Shown in pieces: positions 37,345 through 49,681 of a stretch of DNA of 64,000 nt. The translations under genes and the position numbers were made by a program. The first letter of the stretch is position 1. Each line of letters opens with the position of its first letter. The DNA lies in NCBI RefSeq assembly GCF_964194155.1, contig NC_135901.1, positions 21,142,001-21,206,000 on the forward strand. Reading direction: 5' to 3'. The notes beneath the pieces are model-generated. The model made no database searches and was not told the origin of the DNA. It saw nothing but the letters and a program-made list of their open reading frames with translations. The DNA is from Cetorhinus maximus (lineage: Eukaryota).

Positions 37345-37675
37345 CTTCTCAATATTTCTGGTTTTAACCAAGTGCCGACAGAATTAATTATCGGTTAAAT
37401 GGAATAAAAAATCATCCAAACACTCCAGCGTTTTTTCTTGTTTCCGTTCATCTGCAAGCATTCAACAAATCTCCAGTCGGAAATGTAACAGAAATGAGGC
37501 AGGCTGGCGAAACCCTTGTATCTGCTCAGGTCTCTGTCACTCTCGATCTATAAATCTGTGTGTCCTCTTTTGAGATTGTCAATGTTGTTCAGTTCCCCAT
37601 TTTCACAAATCCAAACTTCATTAGTTGTGTAGTTTCATACCAAAAACGAAGAGAGGAAAAAACAACAGTTTTTTT

Positions 37676-39460
37676 TAAATTCATTCACGGGATGTGGGTT
37701 TCGTTGGCTGGGCCAGCATTTATTGCCCATCCCTAGTTGCCCTTGAGAAGGTGATTGTGAGCTGCCTTCTGGAACCACAGTTGTCTATGTGGCGTAGGTA
37801 CACCCACAGTGCTGTTAGGAAGGGAGTTCCAGGATTTTGACCCAGCAACAGTGAAGGAACAGCGATGTATTTCCAAGTCAGGATGGTGAGTGACTTGGAG
37901 GGGAACTTGCAGGTGGTGGTGTTCCCATCTATCTGCTGCCCTTGTCCTTCTAGATAGTAGTGGTTGTGGGTTTGGAAGATGTTGTCTAAGGAGCCTTGGT
38001 GAATTCCTGCAGTGCATCTTGTAGATGGTACACACTGCTGCTACTGTGCATCAGTAGTGGAGGGAGTGAATGTTTGTGGATGTGGTGCCAATCAAGTGGA
38101 CTGCTTTGCCCTGGATGGTGTCCAGCTTATTCAGAGTGTACGGAGCTTCACTCATCCAGGCAAGTGGGGAGTATTCCATCACAGTCCTGACTTGTGCCTT
38201 GTAGATGGTAGACAGGAGGTGAGTTACCCATTGCTGGATTCGTAGCTTCTGACCTGCTCTTGTAGCTGCAGTGGCTCATCCAGTTCAGTTTCTGGTCTAT
38301 GGTAACTCCCCAGCATGTTGGTAGCGGGGGCTTCAGTGATGGAAATGCCATTGAACGTCAAGGGGCAATGGTTAGGTCCTCTTTGTTGGAGATGGCTATT
38401 GCCTGGCGCTTGTGTGGCACTAATGTTACTTGCCGCTTGTCAGCCCAAGTCTGAATATTGTCCAGGCATTGCTGCATTTGGACATGGACTGCTTCAGTAT
38501 CTGAGGAGTCGTGAATGGAGCTGAACATTGTGCAATCATCAGCGAATATCCCCACTTATGACCTTATGATGGAAGGAAGGTCATTGATGAAGCAGCTGAA
38601 GATGATTGGGCCTAGGACACTATCCTGAGGAACTCCTGAGATGACTGACCTCCAAGAACCACAACTATATTCCTTTGTGCTAGGTGTGACTCCAACCAGC
38701 GGAGAGTTTTCCCCCTGATTCCCATTGACTCCAGTTTTGTTAGGGCTCCTCGATGCCTCACTCGTTCAAATGCAGCCTTGATGTCAAGGGCAGTCACTCT
38801 CACCTCACCTCAGGAGTTCAGCTCTATTGTTGATGTTTGAATAAAGGCTGTAATGAGGTCAGGAGCTGAGTGGCCCTGGCGGAACCAAAACTGGGCGTCA
38901 GTGAGCCAGTTATTGCTAAGCAAGTTTCGTTTTATAGCACTGTTGCTAGACCCTTCCATTACTTTACTGATGATCGCGAGTAGGCTAATAGGGTGGTAAT
39001 TGGCTGGGTTGGATTTGTCCTGCTTTTTGTGCACAGGACATGCCTGGGCAATTTTCCACATAGCTGGGTAGATGCCAGTATTGCAGCTGTACTGGAACAG
39101 CTTGGCTAGGGGCGTGGCAAGTTCTAGAGCATAAGTCTTCAATACTATCGCCAGAGTGTTGTCAGGGCCCATAGCCTTTGCACCATCCAGTGCCTTGAGC
39201 TGTTTCTTGATATCACGTGGAGTGAATTTAATTGGACGAAGACTGGCATCTGTGATGCTGGGGACCTTCGGAGGAGGCCGAGTTGGATGATGGTTGTAGC
39301 AAATGCTTCAGCCTGATCTTTTGCCTTGATGTGCTGGGCTCCCCCATTATTGAGGATGGGGGTATTTGTGGAGCCCCCTCCTCCAGTTAGCTGTTTAATT
39401 GCCCACTACCATTCAGAACTGGATGTGGCTGGTCTGCAGAGCTTAGCTCTGATCCATTGA
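37676..39460 (-). mobile_element. CR1/L2-group LINE (RT and 3' end)
   Basis: KKQDKSNPANYHPISLL, TALDIKAAFERV and GIFADDCTMF, with the SINE-shared tail. Confidence 0.9.
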
Positions 39461-40377
39461 AACAATGTACAAATAATTAAAGGGCTGACTTAAAGGAATA
39501 ACTGGGAAAACAGGGAATGTCACCATTAGAACAAGGAAAGTCCCTGGTTTCAATAAATGAACAGGCAGAAGGGTTAGGACTGGTCAGGGAGAAGGTAAAT
39601 ACTGTCATCATTCAGAACAACACAAACTGTAAAGGAACAACTGACCTCAGAGACAATCTCTTGTATTTGTGAAGGGGTTGTGTTGAATCAGGTTAAAAGG
39701 GATCAAATGATATATGCTTTCTATATTGGACAATCACATCGGAACAGGAGAAGGCCATTCAGCCCATCGAGTCTGCTCCACCATTCAGTATGATCATGGC
39801 TGATTGAACACTTCAATGCCTTTTGCCCACATTATCCCCATAACCCTTTATGTCATTGTTAATCAGGAATCTATTAATCTCTACCTAGCATACTCACATT
39901 AAAACCTAGAATTCAGATCAGGATATGGATTGATGTTAGGTGGGAAGATCTGGATCAGTGAATTACTCCCGGAAGCCTTAAAATCAGATTGACTGTATTT
40001 CACAACTGACCCCTGTGACAGCAGCAATCCCATTGCTATTGATTGATAAGACTGATGGAAATATTTAAAGGGAGAGCACAGGCATGTTGGCAGATGACGC
40101 ACACTAGGAATTCATGAACTATCAGAGGATAATAGTGAGGGGAAAGGAACAGATCTAGAAAGCAGCAGATTCCTCATGTTGTTCCAGGAGAAGTGGGGCC
40201 TGATTGTGTAGATGTCAGGTTGTGCACAGCACACACACACTCACAGACACTCATGGGGACACTTCCCGTCCGATCAAGCTGTTTGGACCATCCAATTCCA
40301 ACCTTTCTCTGAACCTTAAATCCACATTGAACAACTTCTGGCAGAGAAGAAACAACAAACCAGTGTTACTGAGTGAT

Positions 40378-41450
40378 TCACAGAATCACAGTGCAAAAGA
40401 GGCCCTTCGGTCCATTGAGTCTGCACTGACACGTGAGAAACACCTGACCTATCTACCTAATCCCATTTACCAGCACTTGGCCCAAAGCCTTGAATGTTAT
40501 GACGTGCCAAGTGCTTATCCAGGTACTTTTTAAAGGATGTGAGGCAACCTGCCTCCACCACCCTCCCAGGCAGCGCATTCCAGACCGTCACCACCCTCTA
40601 GGTAAAAAAGTTTTTTCTCATATCCCCCCTAAACCTCCTGCCCCTCACCTTGAACTTGTGTCCCCTTGTGACTGACCCTTCAACTAAGCGGAATAGCTGT
40701 TCCCTATCCACCCTGTCCATGCCCCTCATAATCTTGTATACCGTGATCAGGTCGCCCCTCAGTCTTCTCTGCTCCAACGAAAACAACCCAAGTCTATCCA
40801 TCCTCTCTTCATAACTTAAATGTTTCATCCCAGACAACATCCTGGTGAATCTCCTATGCAACCCCTCCAGTGCAATCACATCCTTCCAATAATGTGGTGA
40901 CCAGAACTGCACACAGTGCTCCAGCTGTTGCCTCACCAAGGTTCTATACAATTCCAACATGACCTCTCTACTTTTGTAATCTATGCCTCGATTGATAAAG
41001 GCAAGTGTCCCATATTTTTCACCACCCCACTAACATGCCCCGCCACCTTCAGAGATCTATGCACACACACACCAAGGTCCCTTTGTCCCTCAGAACATGC
41101 TAGTGTTATGCCATTCATTGAATACTTCCTTGTCAAATTACTCCTTCCAAAGTGTATCATCTCACACTTTTCAGGGTTAAATTCCACCTGCCACTTATCT
41201 GCCCATTTGACCATTCCGTCTATATCTTCCTGTAGCCCAAGACACTCAACCTCACTGTTAACCACCCGGCCAATCTTTGTGTCATCCACAAACTTACTAA
41301 TCCTACCCCCCACATAGTCATCTATGTCATTTATATAAATGACAAATAATAGGGGACCCAGCACAGATCCCTGTGGTAAGCCACTGGACACGGGCTTCCA
41401 ATCACTAAAGCATCCTTCTGTCATCACCCTCTGTCTCCTACAACTAAACC
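40378..41450 (-). mobile_element. CR1 LINE 3' fragment
   Basis: SGLPQGSVLGPLLFVIYIND, SKFVDDTKIG and LEHCVQFWSP. Confidence 0.9.
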
Positions 41451-41807
41451 AGAGTGGTCTATTGTCACTGTGGATAATCAGCCCTGGTAGGGGGATTGTA
41501 CACAATTCAGGCCTTGTATTGGGACTACACAATCCTGGTCTAATTGCAGCCTCTACTTTCCTCCTGCTGTCACAGATGATGCTAATTCCCTTTATATCGA
41601 TGACCTGGTTGATGAGGAGAATTCTAAGACAGTTTATAAGGAGAAAGAATAGAATGGAAACGTTTACACTGACCAAGAAATAAGCTTTGAAGCTACAAAA
41701 GCAAGTTGGGTCCGGAGGTGAGGAATGTAGATGGATGGGGAAGACAAAAATCATTTTAATAACTATCCTCAATATTTCTCAATAGTAAGCGCGTTCTGAA
41801 TAGTAAG

Positions 41808-43210
41808 GAAGAGAAGCGCGAGAGCAGCCGGCAGTTGAAGAGAAGAGCGAGAGCAGCCGGCAGTTGAAGAGGGCACGAGAGGAACCGGCAGTTGAAGAGA
41901 AGCGCGAGAGGAGCTGGGAGTTGAAAAGGGGCGCGGGAGGAGTCGGGAGTTGAAGAGAAGCGCAAGAGGAGCTGGGAGTTGAAAAGGGGCGCGGGAGGAG
42001 TCGGGAGTTGAAGAGAAGCGCAAGAGGAGCCGGCAGTTGAAGAGGGGCACTAGAGGAGTCGGGAGTTGAAAAGGGGCGCGGGAGGAGTCGGGAGTTGAAG
42101 GGAAACGCGATAGGAGTCGGGAGTTGAGAACGAGCGCGATGGGAGTCGGGAGTTGAAGAGAAGTGCGAGAGGAGTCGGGAATTGAAGAGAAGCGCTAGAG
42201 GAGCTGGGAGATGAAAAGGAGCCGGGAGTTGAAGAGAAGCGTGAGAGCAGCCTGCAGTTGAAGAGAAGCGTGAGAGTAGGCGGGAATTGAAGAGAAGCGC
42301 GACAGGAGCCGGCAGTTGAAGAGAAGCGCGAGAGGAGTCGGGAGTTGAAGAGAAGCGCGAGAGGAGTCAGGAGTTGAGAAACAGCGTGAGAGGAGCCGGG
42401 AGTTGAAGCGCGAGAGGAGCCGGCAGTTGAAGAGAAGCGCGCGAGGAGCCGGCAGTTGAAGAGAAGCGCGAGAGGAGCCTGGAGTTGAAGAGAAGCCTGG
42501 AGTTGAAGAGAAGCGCGAGAGCAGCCGGCAGTTGAAGAGAAGTGCGAGAGCAGCCGGTAGTTGAAGAGAAGCGCGAGAGCAGCCGGCAATTGAAGAGAAG
42601 CGCGAGATGAGTCGGGAGTTGAAGAGAAGCGCGAGAGGAGTCGGGTGTTGAAGAGAAGCGCTAGAGGAGCTGGGAGTTGAAGAGAAGCGCGAGAGGAGCT
42701 GGCAGTTGAAGAGAAGTGCGAGAGCAGCCGGTAGTTGAAGAGAAGCGCGAGAGGAGCTGGCAGTTGAAGAGAAGCGCGAGAGGAGCTGGCAGTTGAAGAG
42801 AAGCACGAGAGCAGCCGGCAGTTGAAGATAAGCGCGAGAGGAGCCGGCAGTTGAAGAGAAGCGCGAGAGGAGTCGGGAGTTGAAGAGAAGCGCGAGAGGA
42901 GCCAGCAGTTGAAGAGAAGCGCGAGATGAGTCGGGAGTTGAAGAGAAGCGCGAGAGGAGCCAGCAGTTGAAGAGAAGCACGAGAGGGGCCGGCAGTTGAA
43001 GAGGAGCCTGCAGTTTAAGAGAAGCGCGAGAGGAGCTGGGAGTTGAAGAGAAGCGTGTGAGGAGCTGGCAGTTGAAGAGAAGCGCGAGAGGAGCTGGGAG
43101 TTGAAGAGAAGCGCGTGAGGAGCCGGCAGTTGAAGAGAGGCGCGAGAGGAGTCGGCAGTTGAAGAGAAGCGCAAGAGGAGCTGGGAGTTGAAGAGGGGCG
43201 TGTGAGGAGG
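41808..43210. repeat. 29-bp CpG-rich, purine-skewed minisatellite (GCAGTTGAAGAGAAGCGCGAGAGGAGCCG)n, about 48 copies
   Basis: Direct tandem repeats. The 29-aa periodicity of the minus-strand ORFs (3 units = 87 nt) confirms the unit length. Confidence 0.95.
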
Positions 43211-43317
43211 TGTTAGAAGGAGAATATTTGCATTAGGGAAATTGAGACTAAACATCACATCAGGATCTAATGGAGTCGCCCAATTTATATTAACTTGGGT
43301 ATCATTGGGTTTTGAAC

Positions 43318-44000
43318 ATGGAAGTAAAAAGAACGGTTCACAGTGGGAAGAAACTTTACATGTGTTCGATGTGTGGACCAGGCTTCTGTCAATCATCTGG
43401 CCTGTCAAGACACAAGTGCATTCACATTGGGGAGAAACCGTGGAAATGTGGGGGCTGTGAGGAGGCATTTAGTTACCCATCTGAACTGGAAACTCATCGG
43501 CGCATTCACACTGGAGAGAAACCATTCACCTGCTCCATATGTGGGAAAGAATTTATTCGATCATCAAACTTGCTGATACACCAGCAAGTTCACACTGTCT
43601 GGACTGTGGGAATTGCTTTAAAAGTTCTGGGGGACTGATTTCCCATCAACGTGTTCATACTAACAAGAGACCGTTCGGGTGCTTTCACTGCAGGACTGGG
43701 TTCAAGCGATCATCTCAACTCATTGTACACCAGCGACTTCACACTGTGGAGAGGCCGTTCACCTGCTGTAAAAGTGGGAAAGGATTCACTCAAACATCCA
43801 CCCTGCTGAAACACCAGCGAGTTCACACTGACGAGAGACCTTTTAAATGCCCAGACTGCGGGAAGTGCTGTAAAACTTCCTGGGAATTGATGTCCCATCA
43901 ACGTGTTCACACTGACGAGAGGCCATTCACCTGCTCCGAGTGTGGGAAAGGATTCACTCAATCATCCCACCTGCTGAAACATCAGCGAGTTCACGAGTAA
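43318..44000 (+). pseudogene. Tandem C2H2 ZNF gene E: about 8 fingers, frameshifted, paralog of D
   Basis: [19 protein letters not shown]... A linker deletion near 43596 shifts the frame, and the second part runs to TAA at 44000. Confidence 0.85.
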
Positions 44001-44162
44001 CTACAGTGATTAGATTTTGCTGTTAATCACATCCAGGACTGAGCCATGTTCAGTGGTCTCTGTTCCTATTCACATAAGAACCCCCAAACCAGTTATAGGG
44101 GAAAATATTGTTTACAGGAGAAAAATAAATCAGCTTTGCACTAAACATGCAGTGCGTTGAAT

Positions 44163-44510
44163 CTTTTTTTGTTCATTCATGGGATGTGGGCCTTGCTGGC
44201 TAGGCCAGCATTTATTGCCCATCCCTAATTGCCCTTGAGAAGGTGGTGGTGAGCTACCTTCTTGAACTGCTGCAGTCCATGTGGTGTAGGTCTAGTTTCA
44301 TTCCTTATAAACATTACAATGATTTGATACAACTGAATGCCTTGCTAGGCCATTTAAAAGTAAACCACGGTGCTTTGGGTCTGGAGTTACTATAGGTATT
44401 GAATTTAAGTTTCACCATATGCCGTGGTGGGATTTGAACCCAGGTCCCCAAAACATTACCAGGGGCTCTCAGGATTATTCATCCAATGACGATACCACAT
44501 CACCACCTCC
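44163..44510 (-). mobile_element. LINE tail plus tRNA-derived SINE
   Basis: LINE tail at 44163-44292. SINE head gggttcaaatcccacc on the minus strand near 44425-44445. Confidence 0.7.
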
Positions 44511-44526
44511 CGCTTTAAAAATAAGT

Positions 44527-45560
44527 TAATTCCTTTTGAAGGGCTGGCCCTCTCCTCCATCCTTACCAACGACAAGTGTGAGGAGATCATGGAGCTTCTT
44601 TGTCACTAAGATTGAGACAATTCGATCAGCTGCCTCTGCTGCTTCCAAACTGTCTCTAAAGTTCCCTCTTGTCTGAGCCCTGAGATCACATCTTTCTCCA
44701 GTTTCTCTCCTATATCCCATCATGCCCTGTCAGAGACCATCTTTTGCAGGAGACCCACCTCCAAGTCCCTCAATTCTATTCCTACCAAACTGCTGACCAT
44801 CCATCTTCCCCGTGTTGCTGATATTGTTAACAGTGCTCTCTCTCTCTCTTCTGGTTTTGATCCTCTCACCTTTAAATACACCACCCTCACCCTTCCTGAA
44901 AAAAACAACCATTCACCCCACTTTCCTTGCAAACTACCACACCATCTGCAACCTCCCTTTCCTCTCCAAAGTCCTTGAATTGGTTTTCCCCAAGGATCTA
45001 TTCTTGGATCCTCCTATTTCTCATCTACATGCTGCCACTAGGCAACATCATCCAAAAGCACCGTGTTAGTTTGCACATGTACACTGACAATGCCCAGCTC
45101 TACCTCCCCACAATCCCTCACCATTCCTCCACTGTTACTAAATTATCAAACTGCTTATCCGACATCCAGTAATGGATGAGCAGAAATTTCGTCGAATTAA
45201 AAACTGGGAAGACCAAAGCTGTTGCCTTCGGTCACCACTACAAATTCCGTTCCCTAACTACCGAGTACTTCCCTCTCCCTGGGAACTGTCTGAGACTGAA
45301 CCACACTCTTCAGAATCTTGGTGTCATATTTGACCCCAAGATGTTTCCAACCACATATCCACACCATCATTAATACCAGATATTTCCACCTCCGTAATGT
45401 CACCCATCTCCACCCCACCCCAGCTCATCTGCTGCTCATACCCATGACTTGACTATTCTAATACATTCCTGGCCAGCCTCTCACATTCACCCTGCCCCCA
45501 CCCCCCAACAACCTGGAAACGAGATCATTCAAAACTCTGCTGCCCATGCGCCTTCTTGCT
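44527..45560 (+). mobile_element. L2-clade LINE fragment
   Basis: FFVTKIETIRSAASAA, ANYHTICNLPFLSKVLE and LFLIYMLPLGNII...HMYTDNAQLYL. Confidence 0.8.
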
Positions 45561-45575
45561 CTAAATGGAGGGGAG

Positions 45576-46600
45576 ATGGTGGCACAGTGATAACGTCACT
45601 GAACTCGTATTCCAGAGGCTGAGGCTTATGATCTTGGAATGTGGGTTCAATTCCCACAAACCTTCTGCAGACATTTTAGCAATAAGTTTCCAAATAGTAT
45701 TTATACATAAACACGGTGACCTGAATCAGACAGAAAATGTTTCCATCTTTGTGTGGAAGTTAGTATCAATAAGGGTGCCATGAAACTATTGTTGATTGTT
45801 GTAAAATCCCCTCTGGTTTACTAATGTCCTTTAGGGGAGGAAATATGCCAAACAAATGGTACAAATTTAAACAGAGTGCAAAAATGAAGTGACCTGGGAG
45901 TGTATGGACACAAATCTTTGAAGGTAGCACGAACAGTTGATCAAACTGTTTAAAAAAAAAACTGATGAGGTCCTCTGTTTATTAATGGAGACGTGAAGTA
46001 CAAAAGCAAGGAAGTCACACTGAATCTTTATGAATCACTTTTTATTCCTCAGCTCAAATATTGTGTTCAGTTCTGAGCATCACACTTCAGGAAAGATATC
46101 AAGGCCTTGGAGAGAGTACACGGAAAATTGACCAGAATAGTATCAGGGATGAGAGATTTCTGTTATGTGGAGAGATTGGAGAAGCTGGGATGGTTCTCTT
46201 TAGAGCAGGGAAGGGTAAGGAGTGATTTAATAGAGGTGTGGACATTTTTGCCATTTTTTTTAAAGAGTTTTCATCAAATAGGGAGAAACTGTTTCCATTG
46301 GCAGGATGGTTGGTAACTGCAGAAAACAGATTTAAAATAATTGGCAAAAAATCCAGGATGGAGATGAGGAGAGATTATTTTACTCAGTGAGGTCTGATGA
46401 TCTGGAACACATTGTCTGAATGACTGGTGGAAGCAGATCCAACAGTAACTTTCAAAAGGGATCTGGACTTTTAATTCACAAGGAAAGATTTTCAGGGATT
46501 GGGAGAAAGATCAGTGGGCTGGGACAGAATGGTAACATTTTCAGAGAGACAGTACAAACATGAGGGGCCGAATGGCCACCTTCTGAACTTTATGATTTGA
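45576..46600 (+). mobile_element. SINE head fragment followed by an old CR1 3' fragment
   Basis: B box gggttcaattcc near 45643, then LERVHGKLTRIVSGMRDFCYVERLEKLG. Confidence 0.7.
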
Positions 46601-46759
46601 TCATATGGTGTTTATTGCGAATCATTATACTGTTATAGAATCACAGGATCTCATCAAAGTACAGCACAGAAGGCGGCCACTCAGCTCATCGAATCTGCAC
46701 TGGTTCTTTCAAAGAGCAATCCGGTTAATCCCACTCCCACACTCTTTCCCCCTTTCCTT

Positions 46760-47030
46760 GGATGAGGCTTCAGCTGATCATCTGGCCTGTCAAGACACAA
46801 GCGCAGTCACACTGGGGAGAAACCGGGTTAATGTAGGGACAGTGGGAAGGGATTCAATTACTCATTTGAGTTAGAGAGTTATCAGCGCATGCACAATGGG
46901 GAGACACTGTTCACCTGCTCTATGTGTGGGATGGGATTCACTCAGACATCCAGCCTTCAAACACACCAGTGAGTTTAAACTGGAGAGAGATGATTTAAAC
47001 GCTTAGATTGTGACAAGAGCTTTAAAAGCC
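46760..47030 (+). pseudogene. ZNF fragment F (about 3 degenerate fingers)
   Basis: cacactggggagaaaccg...gtgggaagggattcaattac... with stops. The start resembles the D/E first finger. Confidence 0.75.
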
Positions 47031-47394
47031 CGTTCCCATTTTATAGTCTCAGTCTAAGTCAGGCTTCCCAAACTGAGGGTCGTAACCCCCGGTGGGATCA
47101 GAAATGAGATTTTGGGCTCGTGAGCTCTGTGGCAGCAATGGCTGCTGTGTAGCTCCAACTGCTTCCTGACATCTGTGAGGCCCCTTTAAATTTGTTGTTG
47201 GGGGTGGCCTAGCGAACGACTCTGAGGCCCAATTGCTACTGCAAAAAAAGCTTGTGAAAAGGTTGATGTTCATTTTTTTCTGGAAAGCCGATTCATTCAA
47301 TAATCAGGATCATAATGTATCAATAATCAGGATACTGTTAGATTACTAATCAGAATCCCACTGCATCAATAATGAGATTCTGTTATATTAATGA

Positions 47395-48450
47395 TCAGAG
47401 TCCAATTACTTTAAGATTCAGGACAATGTGTGACATCAAATCGAAACAAGGAGAACTTTCATACTCCTTAACCTTTTGTCTAACTTCACCATGAGGTGAG
47501 TCTGGATAATATTTGCACCAATCTGATCCACATACTGTCGAGGTGCAGCCACGATCTAACACAGCACAGTTGAATGAGTCAGTGACTAATATATTCAACT
47601 GGACTGGACCAAAGCTTTTTGTGACCAGAACAATTCCTTCAGAGTGCTCATTATCATCATCTTCAGCCTCAGAATTCTCTGTGTCATACATCATTTCAAG
47701 GACCCTGCTTTTCTGTTTTGGGCAGTTTATCACATCATGATATTTTGAGTCAGACCTGGAACACCTGTTAATCTTTCCCTGGTCATTCCTGGGGTTCATT
47801 CATCTATTAGTGCTGTTCCAATCCATCTCTGCTAAAGATGCTTTCACCCCCTTTTGAAACCTGTCAATGTCCAACTTTGTTTTATAGTCAACCAATAGAT
47901 CATCTTTCTTGTAAATCTCTTCAGGATGCCAAAATAGAAGATCAAAACCTTCATCAGTCTCGAACTGACAGACATCCAGCTCACAAAATACTTTGCTTCT
48001 CATTTTACTTTTGTTAGGAAGTGACAATGCCAAGTCCAAATCTTGTTTCCTCCTTGGTAGGGACATAACTCGTGTCCACATATCCACTTCATTCTTCCAC
48101 TAGTCATATGGCCCAGACTCTGAGTCATCAGGCCCTGACAAGTCCCACTTGCTTTCAGCCATTTCTCATAAAAACTACTAGGATTGTAACTTCTGTCTGA
48201 AATTTTATTTTCCTTTGGTTTCCAACCTTCACCATCAGACAATCATTCTCAGTTACCATGTTATAGTCCTGACAGCCTTATGGTGAAGGAAGAAACTGGA
48301 GCTAATCTTTGCTTGGTACAGACTTATTCACAGAGTGAAACATTACAGGTATATACCTCGTAACTCCACTCCGCTCTATGTCAGTAAGTGCCTCTTCATA
48401 TGTGCTCATGTAACCAACCATTCAAAGCCCAAAACCTGCATACACTTAAC
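47395..48450 (-). mobile_element. Copia-like LTR retrotransposon 5' fragment (LTR, PBS, gag, protease), degenerate
   Basis: LTR end ...taaCA at 48259 is followed by PBS tggtaactgagaatga (12/16 identical to tRNA-iMet PBS TGGTAGCAGAGGATGG). Gag-like DMWTRVMSLPRRKQ, knuckle remnant RCSRSDSKYHDVINC, protease AVLDRGCTSTVCG. Confidence 0.7.
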
Positions 48451-48467
48451 CCCAAATGATACAATGA

Positions 48468-49681
48468 ACAGCCACAGTCGGAGTATCTAAAAGGTCTCTA
48501 ATTGGTGTGACTGCCGTGGTGTTTCAGGAGGTTGGATGACTCAGTAAATCCCTTCCCACACACGGAGTAGATGAATGGTGTCTCTCCCCAGTGTGCACTC
48601 GCTGATACTTCCCCAGGCTGGATGCATCAGCAAATCCCTTCCCACACTCAGTGCAGATGAACGGCCTCTCCCTAGTGTGAACGTGTCGGTGTGTCCGCAG
48701 GCTGGATGACTCAGTGAATCCTTTCCCACACACGGAGCAGGTGAATGGCCTCTCTCCAGTGTGAACCCGCCGGTGCTTCCACAGGCTTGAGGAATCAGTG
48801 AATCCCTTCCCACACTCAGTGCAGGTGAATGGCCTCTCTCCAGTGTGAACTCGCTGGTGTGTCAGCAGACTGGTTGACCGAGCAAATCTCTTCCCACACA
48901 CAGAACAGGGAAATGGCCTCTCTCCAGTGTGAACTGCCTGGTGTCTCAGCAGAGTTGATAACTGAGTGAATCCCTTCCCACACACGGAGCAGGTGAATGA
49001 CTTCTCCCCAGTGTGAACTGCCCGGTGGTTCTGCAGGGTGGATGATTCACTGAATCCCTTCCCACACACAGAGCAGGTGAACGGCCTCTCCCCGGTGTGA
49101 ACTCGTTGATGCGTCAGCAGGTGGGATGACCGAGTGTATCCCTTCCCACACATGGAGCAGGTGAATGGCCTCTCCCCAGTGTGAACTCTCTGGTGCTTCT
49201 GCAGGGCGGATGAATCTCTGAATCCCTTCCCACACTCAGAGCAGCTGAACAGCTTCTCCCTGGCATGTATTCGCTGGTGTCTCTGCAGGTTGGATGAAAG
49301 AGTGAATCCCTTTCCACACACGGAGCAGGTGAATGTCTTCCCCCCAATGTGAACTCGCTGGTGTCTCCGGAGGCTGGATGAATCCCCGAATCCCTTCCCA
49401 CACTCAAAGCAGGTGAAGGGTCTCTCCCCAGTGTGAATTCGTCTGTGTGTTAGAAGTCTGGATGAATCAGTGAATCCTTTCCCACACTCAGAGCAGGTGA
49501 ACGGCCTCTCCCCAGTGTGAATTCTCTGGTGTGTCAGCAGGTTGGATAACTGAGTGAATCCCTTCCCACAATCAGGGCAGGTGAACGGCCTCTCCCCAGT
49601 GTGGCTGCGTCGATGAATCTCCAGCTCTGATGGAGCTTTGAATCCCTTCCCACAGTCCCCACATTTCCACGGTTTCTCCCT
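48468..49681 (-). pseudogene. Tandem C2H2 ZNF gene G: 13 in-frame fingers, start codon lost, 3' end broken
   Basis: The frame is open from accAGGgagaaaccgtggaaatgt (49681) to about 48578, where a 2-nt insertion shifts it. The remainder ends just before the LTR element. Confidence 0.85.

Noticed and set aside
41808-43210. CRISPR-like array
   Set aside because: Units are contiguous with no unique spacers, there are no cas genes, and the context is eukaryotic.
42050-43468. 472-aa and 261-aa minus-strand ORFs
   Set aside because: By-products of a 29-bp repeat whose pyrimidine-rich strand lacks stops. No independent sign of coding.
47058-47120. hAT/Charlie-like terminal sequence caggcttcccaaact
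   Set aside because: Only one end is visible, with no matching TIR or 8-bp TSD.
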